From positions 1 to 61,427 of the forward strand of contig WOYX01000005.1 in the NCBI GenBank assembly GCA_011620595.1: DNA of 61,427 nt, given 5' to 3'. The position numbers and the translations under genes are program-made. Shown here piece after piece: positions 17,479-27,318 of this stretch (position 1 is the first letter of the stretch; the number at the start of each line of letters is the position of its first letter). The DNA comes from Bacteroidales bacterium. Lineage in GTDB: Bacteria > Bacteroidota > Bacteroidia > Bacteroidales > VadinHA17. Below the pieces are notes generated by a model. That model was not told the DNA's origin. It worked only from the letters and a program-made list of their open reading frames with translations, and searched no databases.

Positions 17479-20400
17479 GTTCCCCGAGTGAACAGACACC
17501 ACGCTTTTCGCCTTTCAGCCTGAACATCTTCTTCGTGGTGCTCATCATCACCGGAGCAGCGATAATGCCTCTGCTGTCGCTGCAGTTGAACCCCACCCGC
17601 TATCTCCCCTCACTGACAGTAAGCTATACCTGGCCTGATGCCGCCGCCAGGGTGGTTGAGCAACAGGTCACCTCGGTCCTTGAGGGTGTGATAAGCACTC
17701 TCCCTGGGGTCAGTCGCATCTCTTCCACCACAAACAATGAGAGCGGAGAGATAACCGTGGAATTCGACAGGAATACGGATCTCCGCACCAAACGGTTTGA
17801 GGTGGCATCACTCATCCGCGATGCCCACTCGCGCCTGCCCGAAAGGGTTTCTTATCCGGTTATTCAGATGAATATGCCGTCGAATACCAGCGGATCGGTG
17901 ATATTGAGCTACCAGGTGACAGGAAATGAGGCTCCTTCCTATATCTTCAGTATTGCGGAGGAGCTGCTGAAGCCGGCGATAGCATCCGTTGACGGCGTCT
18001 ACAGCGTGGATATCTATGGCGCCACACCCCGTGCCTGGGAGCTGATATATGATCAGAAGGTCCTCTCTTCAACAGGGGTGACCCCCAGCCGGATACGTGA
18101 TGCAATAAGGGCATATCTTTCTGTCCGGGAGGCTGGCGGAGGAGTGGATAACCTGCTCTCTTCAGGAATGAAAAGGACATATCTGACTATGGTCGGCCAC
18201 AGGCCGGATACGGTCAGGTGGGAGGATATCCCTGTCACTGCCGGTAACGGCAGGGTGCTGATGCTCTCTGATCTTGTCACAGTGAAGCTCAGGGATGAGA
18301 GACCCCGCAGTTACTATCGCATTAACGGCCTCAACACCATTACCATGGTGATAAGCGCCGGAAGGAACGTCAATAATATCAGGGTTGCAGAGGAGGTGAA
18401 GGATGTGATTGAGAAAATGAAGAGCAAGATACCTCCCGGCCATGATGTGATACTTTCGCTTGACAATACAGGCTTTATCCGGGAGGAGATATCCCGGAAC
18501 CTTTTCAGGGCGGTGCTGTCGGTCATACTGCTCCTGGTCTTCGCTTTTCTTGTTAGCCGCGACCTTAAATACATGCTCATACTGCTCATCAGTATGGTGG
18601 CAACCATTTTTATAGCCTTCATCTTCTACTGGCTGTTCAGGCTTGAGATACACCTCTATTCCATGGCAGGGATTGCCGTGTCATTTGGTATGATCATCAG
18701 CAATATTATAGTGATGACTGATCACATCAAATACCATCATAACCGGAAGGTTGGCATCTCACTCATGGCAGCGACGCTTACCACCGTGGGAGCGCTGGTG
18801 GTGATCTTCTTCCTTGATGAGGCCTCGCGGGTCACGCTGGCCGACTTCGCGGCGGTGGTGATCATTAACCTGATGGTATCACTGCTGGTGGCATTGTTCT
18901 TCATCCCTTCACTGGCACAATCGATCGGCTTCACCGGGAAGAGAGCCGCGGTAAATTTTCAGGGTAAACGCTTCGCCGGGAAGAGAGCCGCGTCAAATAT
19001 CCGGCGTAAACGCTTCGCTGTGCGTCTGACAAGGTTTTATGAGAGAGCCATCAGGTCATTTATCAGGTACAGGAAGGTATATATCACTGCGGCGGTGCTG
19101 CTGTTCGGACTGCCTCTGTTCTGGCTGCCGGATTCACTGCCTGTTGAAAAGATCAGGACAACTGCCGCCCCTGAGCCTGAGCTGACCCGCTGGCAGCAGT
19201 TTTACAATAAAACCCTCGGCAGCATAAAGTATGTTTCAGACATTAAACCCATTGTAAACAAGCTTACCGGGGGTACACTCAGGCTCTTCAGTGACCGGGT
19301 AAAGAGCAGCAATTATTATTATTTCAGGGGTTCCGACGATGTTGAGCGGACACAGCTCAGTGTAAGCATCGGCCTCAGCGAGGAGGGGCTGACACTCGAA
19401 GATATGAATGAGGTATGCCTGGGTCTTGAGAATATGATTGCAGCCTACAGCGAGGTGGACCGGTTTACCACCAGGGTCAGTTCGCCCTCGTCGGCATCCC
19501 TGACCGTCACATTCAAGCCGGAGCATGACCGCACAATATTCCCGTTCATCCTGAAGATGAGGATAGAGGACTACATGATGGGCATCGGCAGTTATCATGT
19601 CCAGGTGTACGGGGTGGGTAAAGCCTTCAGCAACCAGGTCTACAGTGACTACCTGAGGGGCTCATATTCAATCGTTCTGAAGGGATACAATTTTGATATT
19701 CTCAGCGGCTACGCCGAAGACCTTAAAGAGCGGCTCATCTCAAGCGCTAAGGGAAGGATAAAGGAAGTGTATGTACTGGGAGGAGAAGACCGCTGGTCAG
19801 TAAAGAAACAGTACAGGAACATTGTCTCTGCGGACAGGGAGTCGGTTACCCTGGCCGGAAGCGATATGTACAGCCTGTATGAACACACACGGAGTCTCTC
19901 GCGGAACAACCAGGATGGCGGGCAGGTCTACATGGGAGGCTTCCTTGCCCCGATGACCCTGAGATCAGCTTATGCAGAGACATACGAGATGTGGGACATT
20001 TACAATGAGCCGATGATCACAGGATCGCAGAGTATGGTGAAGCTTAAGGACCTGCTGAGCATGACCAGGGAGATAACGGATAATTCAATCAGTCGTGAGG
20101 ACCAGCAATATATTTTAACGGTGACATATGATTTCATCGGGAACTATGAGCTGGCCAGGATTATCAGGGACCGTAACATTGAAGAGACTGCGGCTCTCCT
20201 GCCGCTGGGCTATTCGGTACGCTCCAGTTCCTACACTTATTCATGGTTCACGCAGAAGAACAACTACCCGTTACTGTTACTTGTCATAGCGATCATCTAC
20301 CTCGTCTGCTCCATCCTGCTCGAGTCGCTCCGTCAGCCGTTCATAGTGCTCGGGCTGATACCGTTCTCTTTCATCGGGGTCTTCATTACTTTTTCGCTGT

Positions 20401-20867
20401 TTAAGATACCGACAGATGAAGGGGTGTTTGCAGCGATGATCCTCCTGTGCGGGCTGGCTGTCAACTCGGCGCTTTACATCCTTGACGATTACAACAGGCT
20501 GAAGCGTTCCGGGAGGCGTCTTCCGGCGGTGAGGATGTATCTTAAGGCCTTCAACGGGAAGATCATCCCCGTCATTCTTACGATCTTGTCTACAATTGTA
20601 GGTCTTCTGCCGTTCCTCCTTACAGGCAGGGATGAGCGGTTCTGGTTCGCGCTGGCAGCGGGAGCCATCGGCGGGCTACTCTTCAGCATGGTAGGGCTGC
20701 TCGTGTTTCAGCCGATGATGCTGAGGAGGGAACAATTATTATTTCCGGAAACGGGAAGCCCCTCTGATTATACTGACCGTTCTGTTCCGGCAGGTATTTC
20801 GGGCAAACCGGGCAACACAGAACCTCAGAACCCTGATAAACCTGATAACACCGTTCACCATGGTTAG
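17475..20867 (+). CDS. RND efflux permease subunit 1 (AcrB family)
   Basis: 1130 aa, 12-TM RND topology, LLESLRQP, PVILTILSTIVGLLP. Confidence 0.9.
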   Translation: MSSPSEQTPRFSPFSLNIFFVVLIITGAAIMPLLSLQLNPTRYLPSLTVSYTWPDAAARVVEQQVTSVLEGVISTLPGVSRISSTTNNESGEITVEFDRNTDLRTKRFEVASLIRDAHSRLPERVSYPVIQMNMPSNTSGSVILSYQVTGNEAPSYIFSIAEELLKPAIASVDGVYSVDIYGATPRAWELIYDQKVLSSTGVTPSRIRDAIRAYLSVREAGGGVDNLLSSGMKRTYLTMVGHRPDTVRWEDIPVTAGNGRVLMLSDLVTVKLRDERPRSYYRINGLNTITMVISAGRNVNNIRVAEEVKDVIEKMKSKIPPGHDVILSLDNTGFIREEISRNLFRAVLSVILLLVFAFLVSRDLKYMLILLISMVATIFIAFIFYWLFRLEIHLYSMAGIAVSFGMIISNIIVMTDHIKYHHNRKVGISLMAATLTTVGALVVIFFLDEASRVTLADFAAVVIINLMVSLLVALFFIPSLAQSIGFTGKRAAVNFQGKRFAGKRAASNIRRKRFAVRLTRFYERAIRSFIRYRKVYITAAVLLFGLPLFWLPDSLPVEKIRTTAAPEPELTRWQQFYNKTLGSIKYVSDIKPIVNKLTGGTLRLFSDRVKSSNYYYFRGSDDVERTQLSVSIGLSEEGLTLEDMNEVCLGLENMIAAYSEVDRFTTRVSSPSSASLTVTFKPEHDRTIFPFILKMRIEDYMMGIGSYHVQVYGVGKAFSNQVYSDYLRGSYSIVLKGYNFDILSGYAEDLKERLISSAKGRIKEVYVLGGEDRWSVKKQYRNIVSADRESVTLAGSDMYSLYEHTRSLSRNNQDGGQVYMGGFLAPMTLRSAYAETYEMWDIYNEPMITGSQSMVKLKDLLSMTREITDNSISREDQQYILTVTYDFIGNYELARIIRDRNIEETAALLPLGYSVRSSSYTYSWFTQKNNYPLLLLVIAIIYLVCSILLESLRQPFIVLGLIPFSFIGVFITFSLFKIPTDEGVFAAMILLCGLAVNSALYILDDYNRLKRSGRRLPAVRMYLKAFNGKIIPVILTILSTIVGLLPFLLTGRDERFWFALAAGAIGGLLFSMVGLLVFQPMMLRREQLLFPETGSPSDYTDRSVPAGISGKPGNTEPQNPDKPDNTVHHG

Positions 20868-23800
20868 ATTCCTTGTACAGCGGCCTGTGGCAGTGATAAT
20901 GAGTTTCCTCGCGGTGATTGTCCTCGGCATCGCTGCTTCGGGGAGGCTTCCCGTATCACTGATGCCTGATATAGATATCCCCGAGATCACTGTGGCTGTC
21001 TCGCGTCCTGACATCAGCTCACGGGAGATAGAGAACAGCGTGGTGAGCGTCCTTCGCAGGAGCCTGATGCAGGTGGAGGGTGTTGATGACATCCGGTCGG
21101 AATCGCGCAACGGCAGCGCCATTATAAGGATGAAATTCGCCTTTGGAAATGACATCGACCTGGCATTCATGGAGGTCAATGAGAAGATCGATGCCGCCAT
21201 GAACCTTCTTCCCCGCGATCTTGATCGCCCGAGGGTGATAAAGGCAAGCGCCACTGACATCCCCGTCTTCATGCTCAACATAACCCTGGCAGACAGGGCC
21301 GCGGACCCGGCAGCCTTCGCCGACCTGAGCGACTTCGCAGGTAACATCATCCGCAAGCGTATTGAACAGCTGCCCGAGGTGGCCATGGCTGACATCACCG
21401 GTCAGGTCAGCAGGGAAATCTTTATCAGGCCCGATGAGCGTAAGATGCAAAGCCTCGGAATCACTCCCGAAGATATCATAACTGCCGTGAACATGAACAA
21501 TGTCAATGTCAGCAGCATCATGGTCAGGGATGGCAAGTATCTCTATAACCTTGAGTTTGATACAAACCTGAAGGGTGTGGATGATATCCGGAACATATGG
21601 CTGAAGAAGGAGGGGAAGTTGCTTAAGATAAAGGATATAGCTGTTGTTGACCTGAGGGTCCGGCGCGCCGGGGGCCTTTCATTCTCTGACAACAGGCAGG
21701 CGGTGGTGCTGGCAATAATAAAGGAAGCTTCTGCCAGGATGGAGAACCTGGAAGAGAAGATGGACGAGATGGTTAGCCAGTTCCGAAGCGATTATCCGCA
21801 GATGGAATTTGAGATCTCGCAGGACCAGACACGTCTCCTCGACTACTCACTCATGAACCTGAGGCAGAGCCTTATTTCAGGCGGCCTGCTGGCTTTCTTT
21901 ATCATGTTTTTCTTCCTCAGGGATGCCCGTTCACCACTGATAATCGGCGTCAGCATACCGACGACGCTTGTGATCAGCCTGCTCTTCTTCTACCTCGTGG
22001 GGCTCTCGATAAACGTCATCTCCCTTGCCGGCCTGATCCTTGGGATTGGCATGATGATCGATAACTCAATTGTGATAATAGAGAATATCACCCAGTGGAC
22101 CGACAGGGGCGAGAAGCTCATCAATGCATGTGTGAAGGGCACAACTGAGGTGATCACGCCTCTTATCTCGTCAGTGCTCACCACCTGTGCCGTGTTTGTG
22201 CCGCTGATCTTTCTGAGCGGCACTGCCGGAGCGCTGTTCTATGACCAGGCCATTGCCATCATCATCGGCCAGGGAGTCTCACTGCTGGTGGGGATCATGC
22301 TTCTGCCGACAGTATATCACCTTATCTATCGAAGCGGGAGGGAGGGTGCGCTGACCCGTTTCGTGAAACGGATCAGCCTTAAGAACCTCGAGGAAAAGTA
22401 TGAGGGGGGAATGAACTTTTTCTTCAGGCACCGGAGAGCGGTGATGGCTCTTTTCGGGGTGACAATCGCGGTAATGCTCCTCTTCTTCTTCAGCATGAGG
22501 AAGGAGGAGTTCCCGGCGATAGTTCAGGATGAGATGACAGTGATGATCGACTGGAATGAGAACATCGACCTGCAGGAGAATTCGGCACGGATACAGGCTC
22601 TTGTTGATCAGCTGGGAGAGAAGGCTGTGCAGACCAACAGCTTTGTGGGTGAGCAGCAGTTTATCTTCACACGCGAGTATGATCAGCCCTATTCATCGGC
22701 GAAAATATATATCAGGGCAGCGGGTTATGGAGCGGTGGATGAGATCAGGGAGTTGTTGATGGCATACCTGCCCTCGCGGTTCCCCGAGGCAGTGATGACC
22801 ATAAGGCCTCAGGAAAACATCTTTGAGAAGATTTTTGCGGCTTCAGAGACGCCACTGGTGGTTGAGGTGGCGCTGGCCGCTGAGAAGGCGGTGCCGCCGA
22901 TAGAGAGGATGATGCAGATCAACGGACTTCTTGCTGAGCGGTGGCCCGGGGCAGGGATCATGGCTCCGCAACTGGAGGAGAAGATAGAGATCAGGCTTGA
23001 CCCTGTGAGGATGCTGTTGTATGATATTGATCCCAACATAGTCTATCCGGCCATCAGGAGCGCGCTGAACCGCAATGAGATAGGTGAGCTGAGATCGTCA
23101 CATCAGATCCTTCCCGTTGTTATGGCAGGCAATGAGACACCTATAGGCGAGCATATGTCAAGCGGCTACGTGCTTAACAGGCATGGGGCGCGGGTTCCCG
23201 TCAATGAGATATGTGATGTCAGGCGGGTGCGTTACTACAAGGCCATAATGGGTAACATGGCGTCAGAGTATGTCCCTGTTGAGATGAATGTGTCGACGAA
23301 CCGCCCGGCACAGCTGACGGCTGAGATCGAAGAGGCTTTGTCGGCCGTGCCGGACCTCTCGCTCTCATTCAGCGGCACACTGATGACGGGCCAGCGGCTC
23401 TTCCGCGAGCTGGCGCTGGTGCTGCTTGTCTCACTGGTGCTTCTCTACTTCATTCTTGCCGCACAGTTTGAGTCGCTCACCCAGCCATTGATAGTGCTTC
23501 TTGAGATACCCATTGACATTGCAGGGGCGCTATTCCTGGTATGGTTATGGGGAGGGACAATCAACATAATGACGATGATAGGGATCATTGTGATGTCAGG
23601 TGTCATCATCAACGACTCGATACTAAAGGTAGATACTATCAACAATCTCAGGAAATCCGGGGTAGAGCTGAAGGAGGCGATATACACCGGCGGCTCGAGG
23701 AGGCTGAAGCCCATTATCATGGTTGCAATGGCGTCGTTGTTTTCGACTCTTCCGATGCTGTTCGGGTCAGGTTTGGGAAACCAGTTGCAGCGGCCGATGG

Positions 23801-23904
23801 CTCTGGCGCTGATAGGAGGCATGACCCTCGGCACCTTTGTCAGTCTCTACTTCATACCTCTGGCGTACTGGTATATCTACAGGAAACGGGAGAAGAAAGC
23901 ATAA
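20860..23904 (+). CDS. RND efflux permease subunit 2 (AcrB family)
   Basis: GMMIDNSIVIIENI, AQFESLTQP, RLKPIIM. Confidence 0.93.
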   Translation: MVRFLVQRPVAVIMSFLAVIVLGIAASGRLPVSLMPDIDIPEITVAVSRPDISSREIENSVVSVLRRSLMQVEGVDDIRSESRNGSAIIRMKFAFGNDIDLAFMEVNEKIDAAMNLLPRDLDRPRVIKASATDIPVFMLNITLADRAADPAAFADLSDFAGNIIRKRIEQLPEVAMADITGQVSREIFIRPDERKMQSLGITPEDIITAVNMNNVNVSSIMVRDGKYLYNLEFDTNLKGVDDIRNIWLKKEGKLLKIKDIAVVDLRVRRAGGLSFSDNRQAVVLAIIKEASARMENLEEKMDEMVSQFRSDYPQMEFEISQDQTRLLDYSLMNLRQSLISGGLLAFFIMFFFLRDARSPLIIGVSIPTTLVISLLFFYLVGLSINVISLAGLILGIGMMIDNSIVIIENITQWTDRGEKLINACVKGTTEVITPLISSVLTTCAVFVPLIFLSGTAGALFYDQAIAIIIGQGVSLLVGIMLLPTVYHLIYRSGREGALTRFVKRISLKNLEEKYEGGMNFFFRHRRAVMALFGVTIAVMLLFFFSMRKEEFPAIVQDEMTVMIDWNENIDLQENSARIQALVDQLGEKAVQTNSFVGEQQFIFTREYDQPYSSAKIYIRAAGYGAVDEIRELLMAYLPSRFPEAVMTIRPQENIFEKIFAASETPLVVEVALAAEKAVPPIERMMQINGLLAERWPGAGIMAPQLEEKIEIRLDPVRMLLYDIDPNIVYPAIRSALNRNEIGELRSSHQILPVVMAGNETPIGEHMSSGYVLNRHGARVPVNEICDVRRVRYYKAIMGNMASEYVPVEMNVSTNRPAQLTAEIEEALSAVPDLSLSFSGTLMTGQRLFRELALVLLVSLVLLYFILAAQFESLTQPLIVLLEIPIDIAGALFLVWLWGGTINIMTMIGIIVMSGVIINDSILKVDTINNLRKSGVELKEAIYTGGSRRLKPIIMVAMASLFSTLPMLFGSGLGNQLQRPMALALIGGMTLGTFVSLYFIPLAYWYIYRKREKKA

Positions 23905-23961
23905 TAGGGGGATAGGAATATCATCATTATCCTAACCCGGGTTATCAATTAATCGATAAAA

Positions 23962-24147
23962 TTGCAATGTTTGGATATCAAAACAAGAGGTTTTCTTGTG
24001 GACGGGAGGTACATCTTCGAGATAGAGCCTCGAGTTAGACTTAAGGAGCGGATAACCGGGATTAAGAATGCCTTTGTGGTATCGGACGATATTGAGTACG
24101 GCTCCGGTAACCGGATTCCACTATTGATGTCCGGATTGATGTACTGA
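23962..24147 (+). pseudogene. C-terminal remnant of an AAA/DUF4143-type ATPase
   Basis: GFLVDGRYIFEI...VVSDDIEYGSGNRIPL..GLMY resembles the C-terminus of 37111-38301. Confidence 0.75.
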
Positions 24148-24275
24148 CAGGCAGTGGGAATCTTTCGCAGGAGATTCTTACTGATTTCAATAAATTGCCT
24201 CATCTTTGTCTTTTGTCCGGCCACGCCGGGACTGTAGAGGCAGACATAGGAAAAAAATGATATACAGACAATCCG

Positions 24276-25358
24276 ATGAAGAATCCAATTCTGTTTGTGA
24301 TGGTTGTGCTAACTGCATTTCTTTCTTCGTGTAATATGGGGGAGAAGATGTTCATAGCATCCGGCTATTCCGGCGATGGCGCCGCCGATGTGCTGCTCTG
24401 CAGCCTGAGCGGCAACGGCAACATTGAGAAGATAGCAGAGGTCACCGTCGGGGATAATCCCTCATATTTTACATTCGGAAAGGGAGGACTGATTTACCTT
24501 GTCAATGAGGTCGACACCTTTGACATGAAAGCCGGAGGAGGAATCACCACCTTACGCTATGATAAGAAGAGCAACAGCCTCGAAAAAGTCAGTTCGATAA
24601 ACCAGGGAGGGGGAGGACCGTGCCACATTGAGGTTTCGGTTGATGGCAAATACCTGATCACAGCCAACTACGGCAGCGGCTCAGTCTCTGTGGTAAGACT
24701 GAACAGCGAGGGCATCCCCGAAAAGGTCACCGATGTTATCTTTTACGGTGAGAAGTCGCATCCCCACATGACCATTCATAACCCAAGGCTGCATACGTAT
24801 TATGTATCAGACCTTGGCCTCGACAGGGTGCATCAGCTTAAGCTCGATACCACCCTGGGACTGCTCATGAATGCAGACATTGCATACTTCAACTGTGAAC
24901 CCGGAAGTGGCCCCAGGCACATGGCAATAAACAAATCCTCTGCAAACCTCTATGTTATCAATGAGCTCAATTCCTCGGTGTCAGTATATAATATCCTCTC
25001 CGATACTGTGACTGCCAAACAGACTGTCAGCACTCTGCCTGAAGGTTACACTGAGAAAAGCTACAGTGCTGATTTACACCTCTCTCGCAGCGGGGAGAAT
25101 ATCTACGGATCAAACCGGGGTCATAACAGTATTGTGACCTTCAGGGTCGGGGCAGACGGTACACTGTCGGAGCCTTCTCACATCAGCTGCGGCGGCAACT
25201 GGCCGCGAAACTTTGCTGTGTCACCTTCTTGGAAATTCCTGTTAGTTGCAAACCAGAGGTCTGATCAAATATCAGTAGTATCTGCCGGCAGCAACTCTGA
25301 AGAAGCTGTCACAACGCTGCCGTTCAACGCCCCGGCCTGCGTGAAGTTTCTTAAATAG
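24276..25358 (+). CDS. Lactonase family protein (6-phosphogluconolactonase-like)
   Basis: ANYGSGSV, SHPH, DLGLD, GSGPRH, SNRGHNSI, WPRNF motifs. Confidence 0.9.
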   Translation: MKNPILFVMVVLTAFLSSCNMGEKMFIASGYSGDGAADVLLCSLSGNGNIEKIAEVTVGDNPSYFTFGKGGLIYLVNEVDTFDMKAGGGITTLRYDKKSNSLEKVSSINQGGGGPCHIEVSVDGKYLITANYGSGSVSVVRLNSEGIPEKVTDVIFYGEKSHPHMTIHNPRLHTYYVSDLGLDRVHQLKLDTTLGLLMNADIAYFNCEPGSGPRHMAINKSSANLYVINELNSSVSVYNILSDTVTAKQTVSTLPEGYTEKSYSADLHLSRSGENIYGSNRGHNSIVTFRVGADGTLSEPSHISCGGNWPRNFAVSPSWKFLLVANQRSDQISVVSAGSNSEEAVTTLPFNAPACVKFLK

Positions 25359-25476
25359 GTATTCAATACCGACAAATCGGGATCTCCGCATCGCTCCGAT
25401 ATTCGGTGCCACTAATTACTGAATACCGAATACATCCGGATAGGGCAAACAAATCAAGAATTATTTACAATAATCT

Positions 25477-25508
25477 TTTGAATTATGATCATATGTTCAT
25501 TATATTTG
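25477..25508 (+). promoter_or_regulatory. Bacteroidota promoter with a palindromic operator in the spacer
   Basis: TTTG-N20-TATATTTG; spacer contains ATGATCATATGTTCAT (25485-25500). Confidence 0.75.
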
Positions 25509-25529
25509 TAGCGAACAATTGATCAAAAA

Positions 25530-26114
25530 ATGTCACCGCGTCCAACACGATTAAGAAGAGTCAGCAACCCTCCGGTCATCTCGGGATTCCGGCCTTACGG
25601 CGGAGTGGCAAAGGAGGGACAGGCGCAGTCGGTCTTCCTGCACCTCGAGGAGTATGAAGTAATCAGGCTCTGCGATTATGAGAATTTCAACCATCATGAA
25701 GCTGCACGTGTGATGGATGTCTCGCGTCCCACGCTGACCCGCATATATGCAAAGGCGAGGGCGAAGATTGCTGATGCGCTGGTAACAGGCAAGCAGATCA
25801 TAATCGAAGGCGGCAAGGTTTACTTTGACAGCGAATGGTACAAATGCAACGGTTGCAATTGCTTGTTCAACCAACCTGAAAAGAGCGTCATGCCTGAAAA
25901 ATGTCCGTTATGCGGAAGCAGCGAGGTAGTCAATTATGTGCCTGTGGATGAGTCGACTCCGGTTACGCACCGTGCTCCTTCTGACATATGCTTTTGTCCT
26001 GCCTGCGGTTATGAGAAGGAGCATGAGCCGTCACAGCGATGCAAGGATGAGATATGCCCAGTGTGCAATAGCCGGCTCATGAGGAAGAACAACCTTCTTT
26101 TAAAAGATATTTAA
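25530..26114 (+). CDS. DUF134 HTH protein with Zn-ribbon C-terminal domains
   Basis: MSPRP...EEYEVIRLCD...MDVSRPT...IIIEGG; several CxxC motifs. Confidence 0.85.
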   Translation: MSPRPTRLRRVSNPPVISGFRPYGGVAKEGQAQSVFLHLEEYEVIRLCDYENFNHHEAARVMDVSRPTLTRIYAKARAKIADALVTGKQIIIEGGKVYFDSEWYKCNGCNCLFNQPEKSVMPEKCPLCGSSEVVNYVPVDESTPVTHRAPSDICFCPACGYEKEHEPSQRCKDEICPVCNSRLMRKNNLLLKDI

Positions 26115-26126
26115 ACATAAAAAGAT

Positions 26127-26444
26127 ATGAAAGTAGCAATAACAAGTACAGGGCAGAGTCTTGAGAGCACCCTCGACCAGCGGTTTGGCCGCAGTGCCTT
26201 TTTTGTCATCTACGATACGGAGACAGGCGGGGTGGAGATCCTGCCCAACCCGAACAAGGATGCCGAGGAAGGAGCCGGTCCGGCTTCAGTCCGTCTGGTG
26301 GCGTCAAAGGAAGTGAAGAAGATAATCTCCGGGGAATTCGGAGTGAAGATCAAGTCTCTTCTCGACAGCCTGCAAATCCAGATGGTTGTTTACAAGGAGC
26401 CGGAGAAAACGGTTCAGTCAGTAATTGATATGTTGAGCAAATAA
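26127..26444 (+). CDS. NifB/NifX family Fe-Mo cofactor-binding-like protein
   Basis: MKVAITS...RFGRSAFF. Confidence 0.85.
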   Translation: MKVAITSTGQSLESTLDQRFGRSAFFVIYDTETGGVEILPNPNKDAEEGAGPASVRLVASKEVKKIISGEFGVKIKSLLDSLQIQMVVYKEPEKTVQSVIDMLSK

Positions 26445-26462
26445 TTTTAAAAACGAAAAGTT

Positions 26463-26873
26463 ATGCCACGATCAGATCAGACAGGCCCTGAGGGCCAGGG
26501 CGCCATGACCGGCAGGAAAGCCGGACGATGCACCAACTTCGGCGCAGGAAAGGCAGGGAAGGGAAAAACTGATGGCAGCGAGAAGGATAAGAATGCCCTG
26601 GAACCCGAAACCGAAACCGGAGGAGCTGCAGGCCAGGGCCGCGGGCAGGGTCGCGGACAGGGCCGTGAACAAGGAGGCGGTCAGAGCAACGGACAGGGCG
26701 GAGGTCGTGGCCGGGGTCGGGGAGGTAGCCGGGGTCGTGGCCGGGGTCAGGGTACCGGCAGGAGCCAGGGAGGCGGACAAGACCGCGGTGCGGGCGGAGG
26801 CCAGGGCGGCAGAGGCGGAGCCGGATCAGGCGGAGGCAGAGGAAGAGGCGGCGGAAGAGGGGCCGGCAGATAG
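26463..26873 (+). CDS. DUF5320-like Gly/Arg-rich protein
   Basis: MPRSDQTGPEGQGAMTGRKAGRC N-terminus followed by GRG repeats. Confidence 0.75.
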   Translation: MPRSDQTGPEGQGAMTGRKAGRCTNFGAGKAGKGKTDGSEKDKNALEPETETGGAAGQGRGQGRGQGREQGGGQSNGQGGGRGRGRGGSRGRGRGQGTGRSQGGGQDRGAGGGQGGRGGAGSGGGRGRGGGRGAGR

Positions 26874-26970
26874 AACCGGCGGCAACAGGGAACAGACCCG
26901 GAACTAATCCGTGAATCCGGCAGCCATTGTTTTGTAATTCATTCAAACATTCTAATAAAAGCATTTAAAC

Positions 26971-27309
26971 ATGAAAAAGCGTATAGCAATTCCCCTCGAA
27001 GGAGGGATACTTTGTTCACATTTTGGCCACTGCGAACAGTTCGCAATAGTAGATGCCGATGACAGGTCTATCACAGACGAAACACTCGTCACTTCCCCTC
27101 CACATGAACCAGGGCTGCTTCCGGCATGGCTGGCAGAAAAAGGTGTCACTGACGTGATCGCCGGCGGCATGGGACAGAGAGCCATTAGCATTTTTAACCA
27201 GCATTCTATAAACGTATTCGTCGGTGCTCCTGTGAAGAGTCCTGATGAACTTGCATCAGACCTCCTGAATGAGAGGCTGCAGGCGGGAGCAAACTTTTGT
27301 GACCATTAG
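26971..27309 (+). CDS. NifB/NifX family protein
   Basis: HFGHCEQF, PPHEPG, IAGGMG, C-terminal CDH. Confidence 0.88.
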   Translation: MKKRIAIPLEGGILCSHFGHCEQFAIVDADDRSITDETLVTSPPHEPGLLPAWLAEKGVTDVIAGGMGQRAISIFNQHSINVFVGAPVKSPDELASDLLNERLQAGANFCDH

Positions 27310-27318
27310 ACTACCGCT

